Shown here one piece after another: positions 17,905-25,652 of a stretch of 32,000 nt of DNA (positions are counted from its first letter, which is position 1; every line of letters starts with the position of its first letter). The notes under the pieces are model-generated. The model ran no database searches. It had not been told where the DNA came from and saw only the letters and a program-made list of their open reading frames with translations. The stretch is taken from positions 5,474-37,473 of the forward strand of contig PAVW01000018.1 of assembly GCA_002713205.1 (NCBI GenBank), read 5' to 3'. A program made the translations under genes and the position numbers. This DNA is from Nitrososphaerota archaeon. Lineage in GTDB: Archaea; Thermoproteota; Nitrososphaeria; Nitrososphaerales; UBA57.

Positions 17905-18915
17905 TCAATTTTTATTTTTTAATGTCCAATACCATCTAAGTATTGTATTTCGTGTATTTTCACTTGGTATTTCTTTTAATGAAAAATTTTTACATAAATA
18001 GCTTTTAAAGCATACATCTTCAAAATTTGTAAATATTGATATATTATGCGCTAATATTAATGATTCAGGATATCCTCTATAATATGAATCGTTATAACTT
18101 AAATAACCTAATTCAAATTTTATATTTTTTGCTATACTTTCCGTTTTAAATACTAATCCATTATCTCTCATTTTTAATAACATTAATTCTTTTTTTATGA
18201 TGTTTTTTTTATTTGATTTTATTCTGAATATAAATGGTGATCCTTTTATTGATTTTAATTTAGGAAATGTAAAAATTATTGATTTATCTTTTGTTGTTTT
18301 TGATATTCCAATTAAACTATTATTATTTTCATTTGCTTTTTTTAATATTATATCTCCATCTTGGGCTGAAGTAATAATATTTAATGTTCCATCAACTAAT
18401 ATTATGCAATTATTTAACGAATTTGATAATTCTTTAATTAAGATTTTTTCTAATGTATTTCTAATATGTGATTCAATTATAGATGAATTATTATTAAATT
18501 GACTTAATTTAATAAATTGAAATTGTGTTAATGTCTTTTCATTATAATAATTTAAAAATGGTCCAAATTGTAAATATTTTATTGGTTTTCCATTTAATGA
18601 TAAAACAGCAGCTACTCTCGAAGCATAAATTGTTCCACTATCTAAATCATATATTGGAATACATGATGAATCGATTGCAACAATTAATTTTTTTTCTTTT
18701 ATTGTTTTAACATGTTCTATATTGAAATTATGTGAATTGGTATGTTCTATTATTGGTTGACGATGAGCAGAGGAGCTGAAAATAACGTTTTTCCCCGTTA
18801 TTTCCTTCATATTGAACTTTATTTTATTATTAATTTCTTTATTTATTTTATCAATGATTAAGGTTGGTTCGTTTTTTAAAAAATTTATTTGTATATTGTT
18901 TAATTGCGTGGCCAT
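17905..18915 (-). CDS. nurA: NurA-like nuclease (RNase-H-like fold)
   Basis: Order and spacing of NurA-type catalytic elements: LIVAIDSS (Asp 1), …IIESHIRNTLEKIL… (Glu), CIILVDGTLN (Asp 2) and the C-terminal GYPESLILAHNISIF (YP..L..AH). It is operonic with herA. I place the start at ATG 18915 (M31 of the track ORF), because the longer version would overlap the divergent gene and the operator region. Confidence 0.65.
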   Translation of the reverse strand: MATQLNNIQINFLKNEPTLIIDKINKEINNKIKFNMKEITGKNVIFSSSAHRQPIIEHTNSHNFNIEHVKTIKEKKLIVAIDSSCIPIYDLDSGTIYASRVAAVLSLNGKPIKYLQFGPFLNYYNEKTLTQFQFIKLSQFNNNSSIIESHIRNTLEKILIKELSNSLNNCIILVDGTLNIITSAQDGDIILKKANENNNSLIGISKTTKDKSIIFTFPKLKSIKGSPFIFRIKSNKKNIIKKELMLLKMRDNGLVFKTESIAKNIKFELGYLSYNDSYYRGYPESLILAHNISIFTNFEDVCFKSYLCKNFSLKEIPSENTRNTILRWYWTLKNKN

Positions 18916-18964
18916 GTTGAACAACATGAATAAGAAACATTCAAATATAAATGTTGTGCAACAT
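18913..18964. promoter_or_regulatory. Divergent promoter/operator region: two ATGTTG-N2-CAACAT palindromes flanking a TATA-like box
   Basis: CATGTTG-aa-CAACATG lies at 18913-18928 and overlaps the nurA ATG. ATGTTG-tg-CAACAT lies at 18951-18964. An extra inverted pair, AACATT (18936-41) and AATGTT (18950-55), brackets caaatata. AAATATAAA at 18943-18951 is placed to act as a TATA box for either direction. Confidence 0.45.
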
Positions 18965-18989
18965 GCACAATTAATGGATTTGTTATGAT

Positions 18990-19436
18990 TTGGATTTAGA
19001 AACAAATAAAGTTACTATAAAATTAAAACGAGGAAGTTGGGAAGTTGAAATCACTTGCCCAGAGGATAAAGTAAAACAAATTGTCGAAAATGTATTAAGT
19101 GGCTTGGATAAGGACAAATCTATTAAACAGGAAATTCAAGATCTTCCAGCTGTTCATTCTATGACCAATGATGAAATTATGAAAGCCGACGTAGTAACAA
19201 AATCCAAAGATCATGTTATTTGTAGGGATTTAATTCAATTATTATGGCAGGAAAATTGGTTTCAAACTGAAAAAAATCTTTCTAATGTTTATGAGGAATT
19301 GGCCAGACGTGGTTATCATTATGATAAAACTAGTATATCGCATTCATTAGCTGATTTAGTTAGAGAAACTACTTTAACACGTGTTGGTTCTATAAGAAAT
19401 TATCGATATATACAAAAAAGACCTCCATCACCATAA
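18990..19436 (+). CDS. Uncharacterised small protein, paralog 1: N-terminal beta-beta-alpha-like module + C-terminal winged helix
   Basis: 148 aa with an apparent TTG start (no in-frame ATG near the N-terminus). The N-terminus is KVTIKLKRGSWEVEITCPEDKVKQIVENVL. The C-terminal wHTH-like pattern is LIQLLWQ…LSNVYEELARRGYHYDKTSISHSLADLVRETTLTRVGSIRNYRYI. Confidence 0.6.
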   Translation: MDLETNKVTIKLKRGSWEVEITCPEDKVKQIVENVLSGLDKDKSIKQEIQDLPAVHSMTNDEIMKADVVTKSKDHVICRDLIQLLWQENWFQTEKNLSNVYEELARRGYHYDKTSISHSLADLVRETTLTRVGSIRNYRYIQKRPPSP

Positions 19437-19468
19437 AAGTATATTAATTTATTTTAGAAATATATAGT

Positions 19469-19960
19469 ATGAAAGAATCTCCTATTAAAATAAAACTTCA
19501 TATATCTAATGCTGAAATTGAATTAGAATGTGCTTTAGAAGAAATGTCTGAAGTCCTCAAATTTATTCCTGAATTAATTGGTATTCTTTCTAATAATGTA
19601 AAAAGTATTCCAAAATCGTTAACACCTGTTTTAAACAAGTCTGATATTAGTGATGATCTTCCTGATATTTCTGTTAGTAGATCAGATTCTCTAACTGCCA
19701 TTTTAATTAAATTGTTTAGTAGTTCGTGGTCATCTAGTCCAAAAAAATTAAATGAAATTCGCGAAGCTCTTAACTCTTATGGACTAATATATCCGAAACA
19801 ATCCGTTGCAGTAACTCTTTTACGAATGGCTCAGTCTGGTAAATTACGACGATTTAAAAGTAGTAGCGGTGAATATGTTTATACTCCATCAACTTCTCTT
19901 TTTTCAACTTCTAATTCATTAGTCTCTAATTCATTAAATATTTCATCTAAATCAGCATGA
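19469..19960 (+). CDS. Uncharacterised small protein, paralog 2: same N-module + winged helix, Ser-rich tail
   Basis: 163 aa. The N-terminus is PIKIKLHISNAEIELECALEEMSEVLKFIPEL. The C-terminal part LIKLFSSSW…KKLNEIREALNSYGLIYPKQSVAVTLLRMAQSGKLRRFKSSSGEYVYT aligns position-for-position with paralog 1 (W, K.L, E.L, G..Y.K.S, L, L.R, S, Y.Y). Confidence 0.6.
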   Translation: MKESPIKIKLHISNAEIELECALEEMSEVLKFIPELIGILSNNVKSIPKSLTPVLNKSDISDDLPDISVSRSDSLTAILIKLFSSSWSSSPKKLNEIREALNSYGLIYPKQSVAVTLLRMAQSGKLRRFKSSSGEYVYTPSTSLFSTSNSLVSNSLNISSKSA

Positions 19961-19967
19961 TTATGGA

Positions 19968-20468
19968 ATGATAAAATTGACTGATATTATTGTTTCAATA
20001 ACATTTGAAGACACAAAAATTGATTTTAAAGGAGAACCTAATGATGTTCTAGTTTCAATAAATGAATTCTTTTTAAAACAAATTCCAAATCTTGATTTAG
20101 CTAAAAAAATTTCTGTAAATTATTCATTGGAACAATTAATATCTATTTTTTCTGAATATATCAAATTAACTCCAGAAGGTCCTAGAATCTGGATAGAAAA
20201 TAAGAAATTAAGTGATAGGGAGAAAATATGTTTGCAATTAATTGCTTTTCATATAGGTTATTTGGCTAAAAATTCAAATAATTCACAAATTAGTATGAAT
20301 ATTATTTCAAATCTTACAGGTCTTAACTCTAAATCAATTAGTTCCAGATTAAGTGAATTACAAAAATTGGGTTATGTCAAAAAACATAATATTGATAATA
20401 AAATTTTATTTCAAATAACAACACAAGGTATTTATTGGTTTGAACAAATTATTATTAAAAAAGTATGA
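19968..20468 (+). CDS. Uncharacterised small protein, paralog 3: same N-module + winged helix
   Basis: 166 aa. The N-terminus is DIIVSITFEDTKIDFKGEPNDVLVSINEFFLKQI. The C-terminal wHTH-like segment is ISNLTGLNSKSISSRLSELQKLGYVKKHNIDNKILFQITTQG. It starts 7 nt after paralog 2. Confidence 0.6.
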   Translation: MIKLTDIIVSITFEDTKIDFKGEPNDVLVSINEFFLKQIPNLDLAKKISVNYSLEQLISIFSEYIKLTPEGPRIWIENKKLSDREKICLQLIAFHIGYLAKNSNNSQISMNIISNLTGLNSKSISSRLSELQKLGYVKKHNIDNKILFQITTQGIYWFEQIIIKKV

Positions 20469-20495
20469 TTATGTATTTTTAATGTGAGTTGTGTT

Positions 20496-20885
20496 ATGAA
20501 AAAATTAACTATAGTTTTGAGTTTATTAACAATATCCCTTGGTCTTTTAGGCGGACAAGCAGCTAATAATATATTTGAAGAAGTTGAAATGTTAGAAGAA
20601 CAAAATCTGAATCCAGCTAATAATGAAAATAGAGCTCCTGCTTCACCAGAATATATTGGAGCCCTTTATGACGAAGGATCTTTTGTTGCATTTTTTAGCC
20701 GAGCTTTAATATTTCTTGGTGTATTTTTCACCCTTTATGGTTTTATCGATGACTTAAAAAAACTTAAACGAAAAGATATATCAAAAAATTCTGAGAATAC
20801 AGTAAAACTTGAAGAAACATATGAAGAATTTAAACTAAGAAAGAAAAAATTTCGAGAAGCGCAGCGAAAACAAGTTTCTAATTAA
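20496..20885 (+). CDS. Small membrane protein (N-terminal signal/TM, second TM, Lys/Arg-rich C-tail)
   Basis: MKKLTIVLSLLTISLGLLGG is a hydrophobic N-terminus and ALIFLGVFFTLYGFI is a second TM, followed by a charged tail (KKLKRK…KLRKKKFREAQRK). It is the last gene of the plus-strand run. The track opens at GTG 20484; ATG is at 20496. Confidence 0.5.
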   Translation: MKKLTIVLSLLTISLGLLGGQAANNIFEEVEMLEEQNLNPANNENRAPASPEYIGALYDEGSFVAFFSRALIFLGVFFTLYGFIDDLKKLKRKDISKNSENTVKLEETYEEFKLRKKKFREAQRKQVSN

Positions 20886-20889
20886 ATAT

Positions 20890-22716
20890 TTATTTCGAAT
20901 CTGTAACAATTATATTTTTTTGTTGTACTAATGCTTTTATTATATTCTTTCCTAAATCTGAAGATTTTGATACTCGAATTTTATTTTTTTTACCAACTGT
21001 AGCTGAAAAAATATATTCATTGTTTATATATACATTTAGTTTTTTACTATGTAATTTTCTATTAAATAAAAAATCTAATGAATTTCCTGATTCATGAATA
21101 GTATGATTAATTTTTTTTCCTAATGAATTATCAAACGGTAATACATCTATACTGATTCCTAATTGCGCTTCTATTTTGTTTATTTCTGATCCTCCTTTAC
21201 CTATTATTCTTGGAATAAATGATTTATCTATTTTTACAATTGCATGTGATGCTGATGTGAATTTAATTTCTGCTTGTGTGTTATAATCATTAAAAATATT
21301 CTGTAATTCTTTTTTCACAAATTTTATTTTACTAGTTTCTTTTTCTTCTAATAACGCAACCGGTATGATAATATTTTCATCTCCATATGTATAAATCTCA
21401 TATTCCAGTTTTTCATTTTCAAAATCTCGAATTTCTACAACTGGCCTTGTTAAATCTCTTTCAGTCATTCCAGTTGGAACTTTCATAACTAATTCTAATT
21501 GATAAATTTTTGAAATATCTCCATTATTTATGAATATTACAGTATCGATTATGTTACATATCATGCCTATTTCTATACGTCCGATGAATCTTTGGATAGA
21601 ATTAACAGGATTACTTGCATGAACAACACCTATCATTCCTACTCCTGAAAGGCGAAGATCTGAAAAAATCATAAAATCTTTTGATTTTCTAACTTCATCA
21701 AATACAGTATAATCTGGTCTTACTAATAATAGTACTTCTGCTGTTTTTTCAAAATCACCTTCTAATGGCCCGTATTGTGAAATTTCTGAATCAACTTGTA
21801 AATCTTTTGGAGATTCTATTGTTTTTACAATTTTATTTTTTTTTGAATAAAATTCAGCTAAACTTGATGCAAATGTGCTTTTACCTGAACCAGGAGGTCC
21901 TGATACCAAAATTCCTTCTGCTGCTGATTCAATTCTATTTTGTAATTTTGGTGAAATTGTATAGTCATCTAGTTTGAGTTTTTTTATTGGTTTTATTATA
22001 GTTACTTCTATTTTATCTGAAAATGGAGGATTTGTAATAGCAATTCTAAATGAATCAAGTTGAATTACTTTTGCACCATTCTTCATTATTGGCCTATCAA
22101 CTTTTTTTGCAATTCTACTAAATTCTTCAATTTCTTTAATAATTTTTTCTATTTCTTCTTTGGTAACTGAATTACCTATCGATTTCATTTTTACTTTACC
22201 TGGTTTTCCTATTTTAATTCGCACAGGAATTCCTTCAGTTATATGAACACTTGTTGTATTCTTTTCAAAAAATTTTAAAAATTTTAATTCATTTCTATCG
22301 ATTTTAGTTTCTATATATTTGACTTCTGCTCCTAATACTTCTGCAACAATTGCTTGTACATAATCTCCTGTATACAATAATGCTTTGTTTTTTATTGCTT
22401 CATCTCTAATTATTCCATCAATTCTTCCACTTTTTGCTAATTTAATATCTTCTAATGATGGTTTTGAACCTAAATATTTGAATATAATTTTTTTCTGATC
22501 TGATAATTTTCTAAGTTTTTTTAATTCTTCTAAACCTAAAAATCCCACTTCTCTATGTTTTGATGCTTGTGATTGTAATTCATCTAATACGGCTATTGGA
22601 ATTATAATTTCACAGTTTTTTAATTCTTTTTTATTTATATTATTTGACAGAATGCCATTAATAATTATACTTGTATCCGGCACAATTTTAATTTTTTTAG
22701 TTTTATTTTTTACCAA
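20890..22716 (-). CDS. PIN-domain / P-loop ATPase / KH-domain protein (archaeal PilT-like ATPase, COG1855-type)
   Basis: 608 aa with an N-terminal PIN (KIVPDTSIIINGIL…DELQ), a central P-loop (LVSGPPGSGKSTFA) and a C-terminal KH motif (IIGKGGSEINKIE). Apparent TTG start. Confidence 0.8.
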   Translation of the reverse strand: MVKNKTKKIKIVPDTSIIINGILSNNINKKELKNCEIIIPIAVLDELQSQASKHREVGFLGLEELKKLRKLSDQKKIIFKYLGSKPSLEDIKLAKSGRIDGIIRDEAIKNKALLYTGDYVQAIVAEVLGAEVKYIETKIDRNELKFLKFFEKNTTSVHITEGIPVRIKIGKPGKVKMKSIGNSVTKEEIEKIIKEIEEFSRIAKKVDRPIMKNGAKVIQLDSFRIAITNPPFSDKIEVTIIKPIKKLKLDDYTISPKLQNRIESAAEGILVSGPPGSGKSTFASSLAEFYSKKNKIVKTIESPKDLQVDSEISQYGPLEGDFEKTAEVLLLVRPDYTVFDEVRKSKDFMIFSDLRLSGVGMIGVVHASNPVNSIQRFIGRIEIGMICNIIDTVIFINNGDISKIYQLELVMKVPTGMTERDLTRPVVEIRDFENEKLEYEIYTYGDENIIIPVALLEEKETSKIKFVKKELQNIFNDYNTQAEIKFTSASHAIVKIDKSFIPRIIGKGGSEINKIEAQLGISIDVLPFDNSLGKKINHTIHESGNSLDFLFNRKLHSKKLNVYINNEYIFSATVGKKNKIRVSKSSDLGKNIIKALVQQKNIIVTDSK

Positions 22717-22808
22717 ATATTATCATCATGTGTATTTTTTTTAATAATTTTAACTTTAATTCGTTATTTATCTTAAGGTTAATATTTTTCTAATAATTAT
22801 AAAGTATA

Positions 22809-24287
22809 TTGAATTCATTAACAAAATATGAAGATATATTAATATCTGTAATTAAAGAGGCTCAAAAACACAATGTTGAATTTGTTGAGGCTAGATTTCA
22901 TTCTACTTGGAATTTAGTGGCAATATTGAATAATGGTAAATCTGAACCATCAATTTCTTCTGAAACTCAGGGTATTGGAATTCGTATTATTTATGACGGT
23001 GTGATGATTTTTGCTTCAATTAATTCTTATGATTCAATTCCACAACTTATTGAAAAATCAATTTCAACCGCAAAGTCTTCTAAGAAACTTTCAAAAAATC
23101 CTATTAAATTTTCTTCTGAAAAATCAATAAATAAAACATGGGCTGCAGAAGAAAAAGAAAATTTAAAAAATGTAAATATAGATGAAATGATTTCTGAACT
23201 TAATAATATTGATGAATATGTAAAATCATTTAGTTCTGATGTTTCTTTTCCAAAACGAACTCTTATTCTTTCGAATTCAATTGAAGAAAAGTTCTATATT
23301 AATAGTGAAGGCAGTCGTATATTAAGTCGAGTACCTAGAGTTGAATTTCATAGTTATTTAGCTGCTAAAACTAATGGTTCTTTATCAGCAATTTCTATTC
23401 CTGCAGGGTATGCAGGACTTGGTGGAACTGGTGGTTGGGAAACTATCAAAACATTTAATTTTGATTCATACATTCCTGAACAATTAAAAAATTCTTCTAA
23501 ATCTATTACATCAAAATTAGTAAAATTTGATAATGATGTTGATGTAATTGTTGGCCCTGAGATTGCAGGAATAGTTGCACATGAATCATGTGGACATCCA
23601 TTTGAAGCTGATCGTATTCTGGGTCGAGAAGCAGCTCAAGCAGGTGAATCATACTTAGACTTCGATAGTGTTGAAAAAAAATTTAATTTTGGTACTATTG
23701 AAGAAATTGATAAATCTGAAGCTTTTGTTAGTGACGATCCAACACTTTCTGGTTCTATGGGTTTTTATTTATTTGATGATGAAGGTGTCGAAGCACACAA
23801 ACGCACTTTACTTCAAGGTGGAATTGTCACTGATCTATTACATAATCGTGAAACATCATTTCAAAAAGATATTCAAAGTAATGCTTCATCACGAAGTGTC
23901 GACTATGACCGTGAACCTATAATCAGAATGTCTAATACATTTATTGAACCAGGGGATTATGATTTTGAAGAATTGGTCGCTGATATAAAATATGGAATTT
24001 ATATTAAGAATTTTATGGAATGGAATATTAATGATACACGAGAGCATCAGAAATATGTTGGTTTGGAAGCATATCTTATTAAAAATGGTATTAAGGATGT
24101 TAATGTAAAATCTCCTGTTCTTGAACTAACTGCCAAAAAATTCTGGTCTAGTATAGATGGACGTTCTAAAACTTTGAAATTTTCTTCTGCTACATGTGGT
24201 AAAGGAGAACCAATGCAAGGAGCTCCAGTTTGGACTGGTGGCCCTCACGTCAGGCTGCGAAATCTTCGGGTGGGAAGTCATTCATGA
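22809..24287 (+). CDS. tldD: TldD-family metalloprotease
   Basis: 492 aa with the metal-binding HESCGHPFEADR (HExxxH) and a conserved C-terminus (GKGEPMQGAPVWTGGPHVRLRNLRVG). Apparent TTG start; there is no in-frame ATG until far downstream. Confidence 0.85.
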   Translation: MNSLTKYEDILISVIKEAQKHNVEFVEARFHSTWNLVAILNNGKSEPSISSETQGIGIRIIYDGVMIFASINSYDSIPQLIEKSISTAKSSKKLSKNPIKFSSEKSINKTWAAEEKENLKNVNIDEMISELNNIDEYVKSFSSDVSFPKRTLILSNSIEEKFYINSEGSRILSRVPRVEFHSYLAAKTNGSLSAISIPAGYAGLGGTGGWETIKTFNFDSYIPEQLKNSSKSITSKLVKFDNDVDVIVGPEIAGIVAHESCGHPFEADRILGREAAQAGESYLDFDSVEKKFNFGTIEEIDKSEAFVSDDPTLSGSMGFYLFDDEGVEAHKRTLLQGGIVTDLLHNRETSFQKDIQSNASSRSVDYDREPIIRMSNTFIEPGDYDFEELVADIKYGIYIKNFMEWNINDTREHQKYVGLEAYLIKNGIKDVNVKSPVLELTAKKFWSSIDGRSKTLKFSSATCGKGEPMQGAPVWTGGPHVRLRNLRVGSHS

Positions 24288-25612
24288 CATTGGATTATCT
24301 TTTATCTCTTCTTGAAAATAAAATTTCATCTATTACTTATGACGATTTTTCATTTATTATTGTTAAAGATGTTGAAGATTTGATAAGATTTAGTAATAAT
24401 GAAATTACCGTTTTTGCTACAACTGAAAATATTAGTATTGAAATATACATAGGTAAAGATAAAAAACGCACTATTGGCGAAACAACAAATCTTGACGAAC
24501 AATCTATTTCAAATTTTATAAATTTATTGTCTAAACAATGTGCTGATTCTCCAATAAATAATGATTATACTAGCCTTCCTCCTGGTCCATTTAATTATGA
24601 TCATAAAAATATGATTAATGATGAACTGTCAATTGATCATGAATCTATGATTGATCATGTCGAGGTTTCAATTAATTCTGCGTTGAAAGCTGGTGCTTCA
24701 AGAGTTTCTGGTTCTCTCACGAGTTCCAAGTCTGAAATATTATTAAAAACATCTAATGGTACCGAATTAACGGATAAATATAATACCAATTTATTAAATC
24801 TTCGAGCATTTAGCACAACTAATTCAAGTGGTCATGGTTTATCTTGTTCTTCATCTATACGAGATATTGATTCAGAAAATGCAGGTATAAAAGCAGGCGA
24901 ATATGCAAAATTATCTATTAATCCAAAAAATTGTGATATTGGTAAATATGATATATTGTTTACACCTACAGTTGCCGCGGATATATTTCAACATGTTGGA
25001 TATTCGGCATCTGCTTTTTCTGTAGATGCAGGAACATCATTTCTCACAAATAAAATAAATGAAAAAATTTCATCAGACAAACTTTCCATAACTGATGTTG
25101 GTAACCCAATTAATGGTATATATGGACGTATTTTTGATAATGAAGGCATGCCTACAAAATCTACTACTATAATTAAAAATGGTTTTATGAAAAGTTATCT
25201 TCATAATATAACCACATCAAATAAGTATAACGTTGAATCTACTGGAAATGCAGGAATAATTGATCCTAGTTGTTGGAATTTAGATGTTTCTTCTGGTGAT
25301 ATGACTTTTGATGAACAATTATCATCTATTAAAAATGGATTATTGATTACTAATAATTGGTATACTAGATTTCAAAATCAAATTCTTGGATTATATTCAA
25401 CCATTCCACGAGATGCATGTTTTGTAATTAAAAATGGGGAAATTAGTGATTCTATTCATAATATTCGTATCAGTGATAACTTGCCCAGACAATTATTAAA
25501 TATTGAATCATTGTCAAAACAACGTGAATGGATTAAATGGTGGGAAGTAGAAATTCCAACATTATCCCCTTCAGTAATAATTAATAATGTACCTATTACT
25601 CGTTCTATGTAA
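24284..25612 (+). CDS. pmbA: PmbA/TldE-family protein (TldD partner)
   Basis: Paralogous TldD/PmbA fold with no HExxxH motif seen. ATG 24284 overlaps the tldD stop (ATGA). The track's earlier start (24230) lies inside tldD. Confidence 0.8.
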   Translation: MTLDYLLSLLENKISSITYDDFSFIIVKDVEDLIRFSNNEITVFATTENISIEIYIGKDKKRTIGETTNLDEQSISNFINLLSKQCADSPINNDYTSLPPGPFNYDHKNMINDELSIDHESMIDHVEVSINSALKAGASRVSGSLTSSKSEILLKTSNGTELTDKYNTNLLNLRAFSTTNSSGHGLSCSSSIRDIDSENAGIKAGEYAKLSINPKNCDIGKYDILFTPTVAADIFQHVGYSASAFSVDAGTSFLTNKINEKISSDKLSITDVGNPINGIYGRIFDNEGMPTKSTTIIKNGFMKSYLHNITTSNKYNVESTGNAGIIDPSCWNLDVSSGDMTFDEQLSSIKNGLLITNNWYTRFQNQILGLYSTIPRDACFVIKNGEISDSIHNIRISDNLPRQLLNIESLSKQREWIKWWEVEIPTLSPSVIINNVPITRSM

Positions 25613-25652
25613 AATTATTAATAATAAATATTAGCATGCGGATATAAAAATT

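Noticed and set aside
16582-18710. Track ORFs 16582-16770, 16969-17199, 18197-18502 and 18525-18710 (all +), antisense to herA/nurA
   Set aside because: They are antisense to ORFs with Walker A/B and NurA-type motifs, and their translations are hydrophobic low-complexity strings. They are most likely shadow ORFs.
18916-19005. 30-codon N-terminal extension of the nurA ORF (track start 19005)
   Set aside because: It would overlap the divergent wH gene start and run through the palindrome/TATA region. Its translation (MFLNPNHNKSINCACCTTFIFECFLFMLFN) looks non-protein-like. ATG 18915 is correctly spaced from the TATA-like box.
19498-23922. Track ORFs 19498-19701(-), 21765-21977(+) and 23668-23922(+)
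   Set aside because: They are nested in or antisense to wH paralog 2, the PIN-ATPase-KH gene and tldD, with no independent support.
24230-24290. Locally GC-rich patch at the tldD/pmbA junction
   Set aside because: It is explained by the conserved Gly/Pro/Arg-rich TldD C-terminus (GAPVWTGGPHVRLRNLRVG) and the ATGA coupling. There is no need to invoke an RNA element.
24989-24998. 10-bp perfect palindrome CAACATGTTG, built from the same half-sites as the nurA-spacer operators
   Set aside because: It lies inside pmbA coding sequence (…FQHVGY…) with the half-sites in the opposite, abutting arrangement. It is probably coincidental. It would only become interesting if genome-wide motif counts show enrichment.
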